Assembly: GCA_036676905.1 (NCBI GenBank)
Contig: JAKFCE010000006.1
Span: forward strand, 235,402 to 299,401
Length of the DNA: 64,000 nt
Direction: 5' to 3'
DNA from: Chitinophagaceae bacterium
Lineage (GTDB): Bacteria > Bacteroidota > Bacteroidia > Chitinophagales > Chitinophagaceae
The notes beneath the pieces are model-generated. The model had not been told where the DNA came from and made no database searches. It was given only the letters and a program-made list of their open reading frames with translations. This document shows, in pieces, positions 45,523 to 54,678 of this stretch; position 1 is the stretch's first letter, and each line of letters opens with the position of its first letter. Made by a program: the position numbers and the translations under genes.

Positions 45523-46638
45523 ATGACTGGCACGGCTATCCGATCGATCGAGCTTTACAAACTCTATATTCCTTTAACAGAACCTTTTATTATTTCCCTC
45601 GGGCCCATTCATAATGTGCAGAACCTGGTGGTGATCCTCCGCACAGAGGATGGCTGCGCGGGATATGGGGAATGCAGTCCCTATATGAGCATTAACGGGG
45701 AAAGCATCGACACCTGCTTCATCGTGGGACAATATTTTGGCAAAGTGTTAAAGGGCCGGGATGCCCTGGATATCCAGGGCTGCACCGAGGCCATGGATGG
45801 CACCATCTATGGCAACAGCAGCATCAAAAGCGCCTTCGATATGGCCCTGTATGATATAGCCGCTCAACATGCAGGCCTGCCCCTCTATGCCTTCCTGGGC
45901 GGAAAAGCGGGCAAGCTGCTGGAAACCGACATGACGGTGAGCATTGGCCCGCCGGAAAAAATGCAGGCGGATGCCAAAAAATTCAAAGAACAGGGATTCC
46001 CTGCTATCAAGGTAAAGCTGGGAGAAACGCTGGATAAAGACGTGGAAAGAATACGAATGATCCGCGAAGCCATCGGCAACGAACACCCTTTGCGCATCGA
46101 CGCCAACCAGGGATGGAAGACAGCGGATTACGCTATTGAAGTACTGAAGGCCCTGGCGCCATACAATATTGAGCACTGCGAGGAACCCATCTCGCGCTGG
46201 CGGTTCATGGAACTCTCCCGCGTTTCTGCAGCCTCCCCCATCCCCATCATGGCCGATGAAAGCTGCGGAGACGAGCATGATGCAGAGAGACTGATCGCGC
46301 TCAAAGCTTGTCCCATGTTCAACATCAAGCTGGGAAAGTCCGGGGGCATCTTCAAGGCCCTGCAGATCGCGAAAATGGGAGAAGCTGCCGGCATGGAAAT
46401 GCAGGTAGGCGGATTTATGGAAAGCAGGCTGGGCATGACAGCATCGGCCCACCTGGCGATGGCGAATGCGGCTATTCATCACTGTGATTTTGACACACCC
46501 CTCATGTTCACCGAGGATCCCATCATTGGCGGAATCGAATATGGGGCGAAGGGAAGGATAATCGTGAATGACACGCCCGGTCTTGGCGCAGTAGTGGAAG
46601 ACAGCTACCTTCAAAAAGCAGAAAAAACAGTTATCTGA
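45523..46638 (+). CDS. Dipeptide epimerase (L-Ala-D/L-Glu epimerase-like, enolase superfamily MLE subgroup)
   Basis: KVKLG, DANQGW, EEP and MADES metal/base motifs of the MR/MLE family. Confidence 0.85.
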   Translation: MTGTAIRSIELYKLYIPLTEPFIISLGPIHNVQNLVVILRTEDGCAGYGECSPYMSINGESIDTCFIVGQYFGKVLKGRDALDIQGCTEAMDGTIYGNSSIKSAFDMALYDIAAQHAGLPLYAFLGGKAGKLLETDMTVSIGPPEKMQADAKKFKEQGFPAIKVKLGETLDKDVERIRMIREAIGNEHPLRIDANQGWKTADYAIEVLKALAPYNIEHCEEPISRWRFMELSRVSAASPIPIMADESCGDEHDAERLIALKACPMFNIKLGKSGGIFKALQIAKMGEAAGMEMQVGGFMESRLGMTASAHLAMANAAIHHCDFDTPLMFTEDPIIGGIEYGAKGRIIVNDTPGLGAVVEDSYLQKAEKTVI

Positions 46639-46650
46639 AACAAATAGATA

Positions 46651-46790
46651 GAATGATGAATCGAGCGTGTTGAATGCTGAAGCAAATTCATTTCATCGTT
46701 CAAAATTCAGCTCTTCTGATAATATGTGTTCCATGGGCCGTTCACTTCAACATTCATCTGTTCCTTTGTTCCTCCGTTCTTCATTCTCCG
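46651..46790. repeat. Cluster of GATGAATGTTGAA-family elements in both orientations between convergent genes
   Basis: Plus-sense GAATGATGAATCGAGCGTGTTGAATGCTGAAG (46651-46682). Minus-sense degenerate copy at 46684-46711. Minus-sense copy at 46745-46790 contains the TGA stop of the glycosylase gene and the exact 19-mer shared with 8593-8611. Confidence 0.75.
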
Positions 46791-47380
46791 TCCTTATACT
46801 GCCACAAGTGTAAACAAGCATATGTTCGGTAGGGCGACCATTTGGAGGAGAGCTTCAGCATTTTTTCGCGCAGGTCTTTTTTATTGGAATCATCCAGCTT
46901 ATAGAGCTTCTTCATAGCCACCTGTATGCCATAATCATCCACGGCAAAAACATCGGGACGGCCAAGCGTGAACATCAGCAGCATTTCCACCGTCCACCTG
47001 CCCACACCCTTGATCTGTGTGAGCAGTTCGATCACCTCTTCATCACTCAACTTCTTCAGTGCCTTGTCAGTGATATCATGTGCCGCTGCGAATTCCGCCA
47101 CGTTTAATACGTACTGGGTTTTAGAATTGGAAAGTCCAATGGCTCTCAGCTTCTCGAATGGAGTAGCAGCGATCTGCGCCGGTGTGGGTTCCTCGCCGCC
47201 ATAAAGTTCCAGGAAGCGCTGGAATATAACACGGGCTACCTTGGTGGATAATTGCTGGCTCATGATGGAAGCACAGAGCCGGAGAGGAATGTTCTTGTGC
47301 GCCTTCAGTTTCAATGGCTCCTGGCCATGGATCACCTTTGCCAGCTTCTTGTCCTTCGAAAGATGCTCTATATAACTCAT
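46781..47380 (-). CDS. DNA-3-methyladenine glycosylase II-like (HhH-GPD family)
   Basis: LTQIKGVGRWTVEMLLMFTLGRPDVFAVDDYG helix-hairpin-helix plus catalytic Asp. Confidence 0.85.
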   Translation of the reverse strand: MSYIEHLSKDKKLAKVIHGQEPLKLKAHKNIPLRLCASIMSQQLSTKVARVIFQRFLELYGGEEPTPAQIAATPFEKLRAIGLSNSKTQYVLNVAEFAAAHDITDKALKKLSDEEVIELLTQIKGVGRWTVEMLLMFTLGRPDVFAVDDYGIQVAMKKLYKLDDSNKKDLREKMLKLSSKWSPYRTYACLHLWQYKDGE

Positions 47381-47398
47381 AGTGTATTCTTACGGGCG

Positions 47399-48895
47399 CT
47401 AAGCCAGCCCCCAGCTCATATTTCCGTCCTTCTCATCCTTCAGCAGTATGCCCAGGTCGGCCAACTGGTTCCTGATCTTGTCCGACGTAACCCAGTCTTT
47501 TCGGCCTCTGGCTTCTTTTCTCAGCTCGATCAGCACATCCATCACACCTTTTAATTTCTCAGCTTCGGCGGCGCTTTCACTTTTTAACCCCAGGATATCT
47601 TCAATGAACAGTTTCATTTTCTCCTGCATCATACGCAGCGTATCCGGTGACAACCGCAACTGGTCGGGTTGCTTATCCTTCATGGCATTGATGATGGGCA
47701 CCAGCTCAAACAAATTGGCCAGCACCTTAGCCGAGTTGAAATCATCGTTCATGAACTCATCCAGCTCCTCCAGCAATTGCCGGATCTTCGTATCCGCTTC
47801 CGGATCGCCGGCAGCCAGTTGCATCGCCTGTATATCCTGGCTCTTGAACCACTCCAGCGCATCCATTAGCCTTTTCAGTCCTTTCTCTGCAGCCTGCAGG
47901 GAATCATTGCCAAAATCCAGCGTGCTCCTGTAATGCGTTTGCAGGATAAAGAAGCGCACCGTCATAGGCGAGTAAGCCTGCTCCAGCATGGGATGGTCGC
48001 CACTGAACAACTCCGTAAGCTTGATCACGTTGTTGTAGCTCTTGCCCATCTTGCGGCCGTTGATCGTGATCATGTTGTTATGCACCCAGTATCGAACGGG
48101 CGCCACATGATTGCAGATGCTGCTCTGGGCGATCTCGCTTTCGTGGTGCGGGAATAATAGGTCCATGCCGCCTCCATGAATGTCGAACTGCTTGCCCAGG
48201 TATTTGGTGGCCATGGCCGAGCATTCTATGTGCCAGCCCGGAAAACCTTCGCCCCAGGGACTGTTCCACCGCATGATGTGTTCTGGCGGGGCCGCCTTCC
48301 ATAAAGCGAAATCGGTTTTGTTCTTTTTCTCTTCCTGTCCTTCCAGCTCGCGCGTGGTTTCCAGCAGGTCTTCCACTACCCTTCCACTCAGCTTGCCATA
48401 GTCGTGAGAAGCTGCATATTTTTTTACATCGAAATACACGCTGCCGTTCGACTCATAGGCATAGCCTGCCTCGATGATCTTGTTGATCATATCGATCTGC
48501 TCCACGATATGCCCGGTGGCGGTGGGCTCAATGGAGGGAGGAAGACAGTTGAATTTTTCCATGGCCCAATGGAAAAGGTTGGTGTATTTCTGCACCAGCT
48601 CCATGGGCTCGAGCCTTTCTATTTGTGCTTTTTTGGAGATCTTGTCTTCCGCTTCGCGTCCTTCTTCCTCAAAATGCCCTGCATCCGTGATGTTGCGCAC
48701 ATAGCGCACTTTGTATCCCAGGTGCTGCAGGTAGCGGTACACCAGGTCGAAAGTGATGTAAGGCCGCGCATGTCCGAGGTGGCTTTCACCACTTACGGTA
48801 GGTCCGCATACATACATACCCACATATCCCTCCACGAGAGGCCTGAACTCTTCTTTGTCCCTGATGTATGAATTGTAGATCCTTAATGCGCTCAT
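47399..48895 (-). CDS. cysS: Cysteine--tRNA ligase
   Basis: HLGHAR (HIGH) and KMGKS (KMSKS) motifs. 498 aa. Confidence 0.95.
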   Translation of the reverse strand: MSALRIYNSYIRDKEEFRPLVEGYVGMYVCGPTVSGESHLGHARPYITFDLVYRYLQHLGYKVRYVRNITDAGHFEEEGREAEDKISKKAQIERLEPMELVQKYTNLFHWAMEKFNCLPPSIEPTATGHIVEQIDMINKIIEAGYAYESNGSVYFDVKKYAASHDYGKLSGRVVEDLLETTRELEGQEEKKNKTDFALWKAAPPEHIMRWNSPWGEGFPGWHIECSAMATKYLGKQFDIHGGGMDLLFPHHESEIAQSSICNHVAPVRYWVHNNMITINGRKMGKSYNNVIKLTELFSGDHPMLEQAYSPMTVRFFILQTHYRSTLDFGNDSLQAAEKGLKRLMDALEWFKSQDIQAMQLAAGDPEADTKIRQLLEELDEFMNDDFNSAKVLANLFELVPIINAMKDKQPDQLRLSPDTLRMMQEKMKLFIEDILGLKSESAAEAEKLKGVMDVLIELRKEARGRKDWVTSDKIRNQLADLGILLKDEKDGNMSWGLA

Positions 48896-48936
48896 AGCTG
48901 CAAAGTAAAGGATTAGGGCCTAGATTCAGATTGCCG

Positions 48937-50085
48937 CTACTTCCTGGGCTTTTCACCGGCTACCTCTTTCTCCAGTTCCAGGTCGGCCACCAGCATATAG
49001 TGGTCAGAGTAATTCTTCACGATCCTGTTGAACTGATTTGCAGTCAGCTCTTTTGAATACAAAATATAGTCTATACGAAGTGTGGGCGACAGGGCGGAAT
49101 AGGTACGTCCCAGGCCGAAACCTTTTTCCAGAAAGGCGTCGGAAAGGTCTTCGCCCTTGATGGTGGCGTAGGTGTAGGAATTAGGCACATCATTAAAGTC
49201 GCCCGCCACCACATAGGGATGGGGACTATTAGAAAGGATCTCTTTTACAATATGGGCCTGCTTGCTGCGGAAGACCATGGCCCGGCGCAGCTTGGAGAAT
49301 ATATTTTTTGAATTCTCGATCAGGCTGTCGTCTGCAGTCTTCATTTCCTCTATGCTTTCATAGTCGCCCTTTTTAAACAATACCGACTGCAGGTGGGTGG
49401 TGTAAAAGCGGATGGTGTCGCCGTTAAATACGATGTCGGCGTGGATCAGGGCCTCGCGCAGGCCTGGCCTGGGATAGCGGATCAGGCCGCTGTCGATGAT
49501 GGGGTGCCGTGAAAAGATCGCCTGGCCTGTCCAGTGCTTCTCGGTGTCGTAGTCCCAGGAATAATAGAAATACTTGTACTGCAGCTTGTCCATCACATGC
49601 CGCAGGTTGTCGTAATAAGTAGAATCCACCGAGGTATGGAATTCCTGCAGGCATAGCACATCGGCATTCTGCTCTTTGATCAGCTCCATCATTTTCTGCC
49701 GGGTCTGGCTTCCCTTGTTATTGTTCCTTTTCAGCTCTATGAATCGCGCCACGTTCCAGTCCACCACCCGCAACACGCTAGGCGGCTTTTTGAAATCAAA
49801 GGACGAGGGGGCGTTGAAAGCAAAGATCGACAGGATGCTTTTCCAGCCGATGGCGATAGCGATCAGCGAGATCAGTGCATAGCGGGGGCTCACAATGATC
49901 CAGAAAAAAAGGAAGAGCACCAGGATAACAAGGAGAACGGGAAGGCCTAGCCCCAGCATGGCTGCCATCCACCATCTTTCCGGGTCAAGATAGGGGGAGA
50001 GACTTGCAAAAATGAAGATAACGGCAATGAACAGGTGCAGGAAGACCAGCAGCCAGCGGATCAGCGATTTGTATCTTCCTGTCAT
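48937..50085 (-). CDS. Membrane-anchored endonuclease/exonuclease/phosphatase (EEP) family protein
   Basis: N-terminal TM helices followed by EEP motifs (DVLCLQEF, GDFN, SDHYML). Confidence 0.8.
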   Translation of the reverse strand: MTGRYKSLIRWLLVFLHLFIAVIFIFASLSPYLDPERWWMAAMLGLGLPVLLVILVLFLFFWIIVSPRYALISLIAIAIGWKSILSIFAFNAPSSFDFKKPPSVLRVVDWNVARFIELKRNNNKGSQTRQKMMELIKEQNADVLCLQEFHTSVDSTYYDNLRHVMDKLQYKYFYYSWDYDTEKHWTGQAIFSRHPIIDSGLIRYPRPGLREALIHADIVFNGDTIRFYTTHLQSVLFKKGDYESIEEMKTADDSLIENSKNIFSKLRRAMVFRSKQAHIVKEILSNSPHPYVVAGDFNDVPNSYTYATIKGEDLSDAFLEKGFGLGRTYSALSPTLRIDYILYSKELTANQFNRIVKNYSDHYMLVADLELEKEVAGEKPRK

Positions 50086-50094
50086 TCATGCAAT

Positions 50095-51024
50095 TTACAA
50101 ATCTTCTTTGCTGGCGCGTTTTAATATCTCTTTTTCGTCTTCCGTAAGGGAGTTATAGCCTTTTTGATTGATCTTATCGAGGATGGCATCCACGCGGCTT
50201 TGATTGAGGTTGGTAGCCGTGGTTTTATATGGTGGCTTATTGGCCTTGTAGAACAGGTCTTTTTTAATAGAATGTCTCCTGGGCCGGTCAGGATTGAACA
50301 GGTTGTTCGCCCAGTCGAAGAACCAGTTCAGCGGCGCGCTCCAGTCGCGCCCTCTCTCCATTTGCCACATGAACAGCCAACCCATACCAGCTCCTGCGAG
50401 GTGGGCGATGCGGCCCCCGGGATTGTTCCTCGTCATCAATCCCAGGTCGATCATGGCGAACACCAGCGTGATCACCCAAAGCGGAATGCCCCCATTGAGC
50501 ATGGGAAAGATCCTGTAGCCGGGAGCGAGCACCGTAGCTGCTACGGCTATGGCCATCACGCCTGCCGATGCACCCAGGGCACGGGCGGCCACCAGGCTTT
50601 CGCGCAGGGGCGGAATAAAATTATAAGCGAGGATATAGGCAATCGCACCAGCCAACGCACCGAAGATGAAGACGGAAGCGATCTTCCTGTTGCCCGAAAG
50701 GTCCTGGAAAATATAGCCGAACATCCAAAGCCAGAGCATGTTGCCCAGAATATGCCAGATATCGTCATGCGCCACGAAATGCGTCAACAGGGTCCATGGA
50801 CGCGTAAGAAACGTAGGCATGTGTGCCGGCAGCATCACCCAGTCGAGCACCTGCTTGTTGTACAGGGCAGGACCCGCTGGCGATCCGTCGGTGAAATAGT
50901 AGATCACCTTGATAAATGCGAGCAGGATGAAGACCGTGAGGTTGATGGCAATGAGCAAAACCAGCGCATTCCCGTCTTGCCCTATCGTGAACTTCGTGCC
51001 CCTGTTTTGCGGATAATAAGCCAT
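50095..51024 (-). CDS. Rhomboid family intramembrane serine protease (long form with C-terminal extension)
   Basis: GASAGVMA (GxSxG) and AHLAGAGMG (HxxGxxxG) motifs in a polytopic protein. Confidence 0.85.
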   Translation of the reverse strand: MAYYPQNRGTKFTIGQDGNALVLLIAINLTVFILLAFIKVIYYFTDGSPAGPALYNKQVLDWVMLPAHMPTFLTRPWTLLTHFVAHDDIWHILGNMLWLWMFGYIFQDLSGNRKIASVFIFGALAGAIAYILAYNFIPPLRESLVAARALGASAGVMAIAVAATVLAPGYRIFPMLNGGIPLWVITLVFAMIDLGLMTRNNPGGRIAHLAGAGMGWLFMWQMERGRDWSAPLNWFFDWANNLFNPDRPRRHSIKKDLFYKANKPPYKTTATNLNQSRVDAILDKINQKGYNSLTEDEKEILKRASKEDL

Positions 51025-51049
51025 GTATTAAAATTACAATGAAGCCTTG

Positions 51050-51742
51050 CTAATAAAACCGGCGCTTCTGTGTTTTATTCCAAATTAACACCATGATAAA
51101 CCCTGTCAGCGCGCCTCCCAGGTGGGCAAAGTGGGCGATGTTGTCGCCGCTAAAGCTGCCCACACCGCCAAACAAGTCGATGGCCACCATACCGAGGATG
51201 GCCCATTTGGCTTTTACGGGCACAGGTATGAACATGATAAAAAGCTCGGTATTGGGAAAGAGGTAGGCAAAAGCGGCAAAGATGCCCATCACGGCGCCCG
51301 AAGCACCCAGCACAGGCGCCAGGCTGGCCCTGTAACGCGCCGCTTCTTCAATGTTGCCGGCATTAAAGGCTTCCACCATATTCTGCCAGTTGATATAATT
51401 CACGCCCAGGTGACAGGCCGCGGCACCCACACCGCAAACCAGGTAAAAAAGCAGGAAGCGCTGTGGCCCCCATACATTTTCCAGCACGCGCCCAAACATC
51501 CAAAGGCCGAACATATTGAAGAAGATATGGAAGAAGCCAAACGGCGAGTGCGCGAACATGTGCGTGGCGATCTGGTAAGGACGGAAGTTGTCATGCTGCA
51601 TAGGCCAGAGCATGATATGCTCGGTGAGGTTGAATTCCTCGCTGCGAAGGGTGAGCTGCGCCACGAACACAAGCACGTTGATGATGATCAGGTTCTTGAC
51701 GATCGGTGGAAATGACTGCGGCCTGTAGGTGGGATAACTCAT
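51050..51742 (-). CDS. Rhomboid family intramembrane serine protease (short form)
   Basis: GASGAVMG and AHLGGALTG motifs. Start moved to ATG 51740-51742, which overlaps the rlmD stop (ATGA). The tracked 319-aa ORF would overlap rlmD. Confidence 0.85.
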   Translation of the reverse strand: MSYPTYRPQSFPPIVKNLIIINVLVFVAQLTLRSEEFNLTEHIMLWPMQHDNFRPYQIATHMFAHSPFGFFHIFFNMFGLWMFGRVLENVWGPQRFLLFYLVCGVGAAACHLGVNYINWQNMVEAFNAGNIEEAARYRASLAPVLGASGAVMGIFAAFAYLFPNTELFIMFIPVPVKAKWAILGMVAIDLFGGVGSFSGDNIAHFAHLGGALTGFIMVLIWNKTQKRRFY

Positions 51743-53157
51743 TGGCTTTTCAATTTCAGCTGAACGATGTTTTCTATATGATGCGTATGCGGAAACATAT
51801 CCACCGGCTGCACCTTCGTTACTGCGTATTTCTGATCCAGCAATTCCAGGTCCCGGGCCTGTGTGGCCGGGTTGCAGCTCACGTAAACAACGGTAGGCGC
51901 TTCCATTTCCAGTATTTTTTCTACCAGTTTGGCGTGCATGCCGGCCCGGGGAGGATCGGTAATGATCACATCGGGTCTTCCATGCGCGGCAAAAAATTCG
52001 TCGTTGCACACGTCGATCACGTCGCCGGTATAAAATTCAGCGTGCTCCACGTTGTTCAAAGCGGCGTTCTGCCTGGCATCCTGCACGGCCTCGTCTATTG
52101 CTTCCACGCCGATGATCTTTTTAGCGCCGGCGCTGCAAAATATGCCTATGCTGCCTGTGCCGCAATAGAGATCGTAGACCACCTGGCTGCCATCCAGTTC
52201 GGCAAACTCCCTGGTGGCCTTGTATAATTTCTCTCCCTGGTAGGTATTTGTCTGGAAAAATGATTTAGGACCGATCTTAAATGAGAAATCCTCCAGGTTC
52301 TCTACAATATAACCCTTGCCTGAAAATACCTGTGGCTCCAGGTCGTGCATGGAGTCGTTCTTTTTCAGGTTGATGGTGTAAAGCAACGTAGTGATCTGGG
52401 GATAGGTTTGCTGAAGAAAGGATAAGATCTCGTCTACCGCTTTCTGATTGTTCTCACCCACTACCAGGTTCACCATCACTTCCCCTGAAGCGCAGATCCT
52501 TACCTGCATGGTACGCAGCGTACCCCTGTGCTCGCGGATGTCGTAAAAACTAATGCCTTTGGCCAATGCAAAGGCGCGGACCGAGTTCCTGATCTCGTTG
52601 GTCAGGTCGTCCTGCAGCCAGCACTGAGTGATCTCCACTACTTTATCAAAGAAACCCTTTGCATGAAAACCCAGCACACCCGGCTTCCCGCCGGGAAGGG
52701 GATCGCCATCTGCTTTTGGCGGTGGCGCCGCGAAATATTCTTTGGTACTGAAAGTGTATTCCAGCTTGTTGCGGTAAAAGCGGTCCCTGTCGGCTCCTAT
52801 GATAGGTTCAAACTCGGGCAGGCTCACCTTGCCTATCCTTTTCAGGTTGTCGTAGACCTGCTTTTGCTTGAACTCCAGTTGCTTTGGATATGGCAGCATC
52901 TGCCACTGGCAACCGCCGCAAATCCCAAAATGAATGCAGAAAGGCTGCACCCTGTCGGCTGAAGGCGTATGCATACGCAAAGGATAGCCCTCGGCCCAGT
53001 CTTTTTTGTTCTTCGTCAGCCGCACATCCACGATGTCGCCGGGCACACTATTCTCAATGAATACCACCTTACCCTCAAGGCGGGCTATTGATTTTCCCCC
53101 AGCGGCATAGTCTTCCACCAGCACCCTTTCCAATACGATATTCTTGTTTTTCCTCAC
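51739..53157 (-). CDS. rlmD: 23S rRNA (uracil-C5)-methyltransferase RlmD/RumA family
   Basis: N-terminal TRAM domain, a Cys cluster (CGGCQWQ) and SAM-MTase motifs (DLYCGTGSIG, DPPRAG). Confidence 0.9.
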   Translation of the reverse strand: MRKNKNIVLERVLVEDYAAGGKSIARLEGKVVFIENSVPGDIVDVRLTKNKKDWAEGYPLRMHTPSADRVQPFCIHFGICGGCQWQMLPYPKQLEFKQKQVYDNLKRIGKVSLPEFEPIIGADRDRFYRNKLEYTFSTKEYFAAPPPKADGDPLPGGKPGVLGFHAKGFFDKVVEITQCWLQDDLTNEIRNSVRAFALAKGISFYDIREHRGTLRTMQVRICASGEVMVNLVVGENNQKAVDEILSFLQQTYPQITTLLYTINLKKNDSMHDLEPQVFSGKGYIVENLEDFSFKIGPKSFFQTNTYQGEKLYKATREFAELDGSQVVYDLYCGTGSIGIFCSAGAKKIIGVEAIDEAVQDARQNAALNNVEHAEFYTGDVIDVCNDEFFAAHGRPDVIITDPPRAGMHAKLVEKILEMEAPTVVYVSCNPATQARDLELLDQKYAVTKVQPVDMFPHTHHIENIVQLKLKSQ

Positions 53158-53251
53158 GCGGTAAAAATACGGGTTTCAAAACTGCGGTGTTTTACAAGTC
53201 TTTAACCTAAACTCCGTTTGTTTTTAGATAATTTTACCCATTACCACGTCT

Positions 53252-54670
53252 ATGAAACTTCAGCTCACGCTCGCTTTCACCCTGCTTTCTTTTTTGGTTC
53301 ATGCACAGGAAGGTTATGAGATCAAGGTCAAACTGACGCCGGTCAAGAACCAGTATGTTTACCTGGGCCATTATATGGGCAAGCAAATGCCGATCGTGGA
53401 TTCGGCACTGCTGAACGAAAAAGGCGAAGGAACACTGAAGGGCAATAAAAAACTCGGGGGCGGCATCTACCTGGTGGGTTTCCCCGACCGCAGCCGATAT
53501 TTCGAGATCCTGGTAGACAAGAATCAAAAATTCAGCATCGCAGCCGATACCAGCAGCTACCGCGACAAGGTAAGCTTCACCAACTCGCCCGAGAACGAAG
53601 AGTTTTTCGCCTACCAGCAGTTCATGATCAAAAGCGGCCGGGAGATGGAGCGGATGAACCGCGAGCGAAATGTGAACAAGAAAGATTCTGCGGCGCTTAC
53701 TACGCAGATGAATATGCTGAACAAGCAGGTGAAGGTCTACCGCGAAGGCATCATGGCCAAAGAGGGCCTGCTGCCGGCCCTGCTCAAAGCCATGCGCGAG
53801 CCCGAGATCCCCGCCCATGAAATGAAGACCAAAGAAGACTCGAGCTTTGCCTTCCGCTATTATAAATCTCATTTCTGGGATGATGTGAACTTTTGGGACG
53901 ACCGCCTCATGCGCACACCCTTCTTCGAAGGGCGGATCGACCAGTATTTCGAGCAGCTGGTTTATCCTGCAGCCGACTCCGTGATCAAGGAACTCGACTG
54001 GATGCTGGGTTATGCTACTGCCAGCGAAGAGATGCAGCGCTTCCTCCTGCTGAAATTCGTGAACCGCTACCTGAACCAGAAATACATGTGGGAAGACAAG
54101 GTCTTTGTTCACCTGTTTGAAAAATATTTTGCTCAGAAGTCTTACCCCTGGCTTACCGAGCAGGGAAAAAAGGTGATCACCGACAGGGCCTATAGCCTGA
54201 TGTCGAACATTTTCGGTTCTCCCGCACCGGAGATCGAGCTGCCCAACCAAACAGAAAAAAAGACTACGCTTTATGGCACCAGTGCTCCCTACACCTTGCT
54301 GGTGATCTGGGACCCCACCTGCGGCCATTGCAAGGAAACCGTTCCCAAACTCGATTCGCTTTACCGCGCCAAATGGAAGGCCATGGGTGTGAAACTGTTT
54401 GGCCTGGCGAAGGAAACCGAAGGCAAGCGCAGCGACTGGCTGGATTTCATAGGCAAGCACCAGCTCAACGAGTGGGTCCATGTCTACTATTCCAAAGAAG
54501 CTGAACAGGCCAGGGTGCAGGCAGGTATTCCCGGCTATTCCCAGCTCTTCGACGTTCAAAGTTTTCCTACTTTATATTTACTGGACAAAGACAAGCGCAT
54601 CATTGCGAAAAAAGTCACCGAGAACCAGGTCGATGAGATCCTGGACTTCCGGCAGAAACAAGGTAAATAA
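53252..54670 (+). CDS. Secreted TlpA-like thiol:disulfide oxidoreductase with large N-terminal domain
   Basis: Signal peptide and a C-terminal thioredoxin fold with WDPTCGHCKE (CxxC). Confidence 0.8.
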   Translation: MKLQLTLAFTLLSFLVHAQEGYEIKVKLTPVKNQYVYLGHYMGKQMPIVDSALLNEKGEGTLKGNKKLGGGIYLVGFPDRSRYFEILVDKNQKFSIAADTSSYRDKVSFTNSPENEEFFAYQQFMIKSGREMERMNRERNVNKKDSAALTTQMNMLNKQVKVYREGIMAKEGLLPALLKAMREPEIPAHEMKTKEDSSFAFRYYKSHFWDDVNFWDDRLMRTPFFEGRIDQYFEQLVYPAADSVIKELDWMLGYATASEEMQRFLLLKFVNRYLNQKYMWEDKVFVHLFEKYFAQKSYPWLTEQGKKVITDRAYSLMSNIFGSPAPEIELPNQTEKKTTLYGTSAPYTLLVIWDPTCGHCKETVPKLDSLYRAKWKAMGVKLFGLAKETEGKRSDWLDFIGKHQLNEWVHVYYSKEAEQARVQAGIPGYSQLFDVQSFPTLYLLDKDKRIIAKKVTENQVDEILDFRQKQGK

Positions 54671-54678
54671 CCGTTCCG

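Noticed and set aside
51743-52009. The 319-aa version of the second rhomboid ORF, overlapping rlmD by about 270 nt
   Set aside because: The extension (R/G/S-rich, no TM helix) overlaps the well-supported rlmD C-terminus out of frame. ATG 51740-51742 gives a normal rhomboid N-terminus and an ATGA junction.
53234-54559. 441-aa ORF on the minus strand, the longest unexplained ORF in the track
   Set aside because: It lies entirely antisense to the TlpA-like gene (signal peptide and CGHC motif support the plus-strand gene) and in the codon-aligned antisense frame (both coordinates are 2 mod 3). In that frame, stops arise only from sense TTA/CTA/TCA codons, which this genome rarely uses. The composition (L/V/H/F/G-rich) is typical of a shadow ORF.
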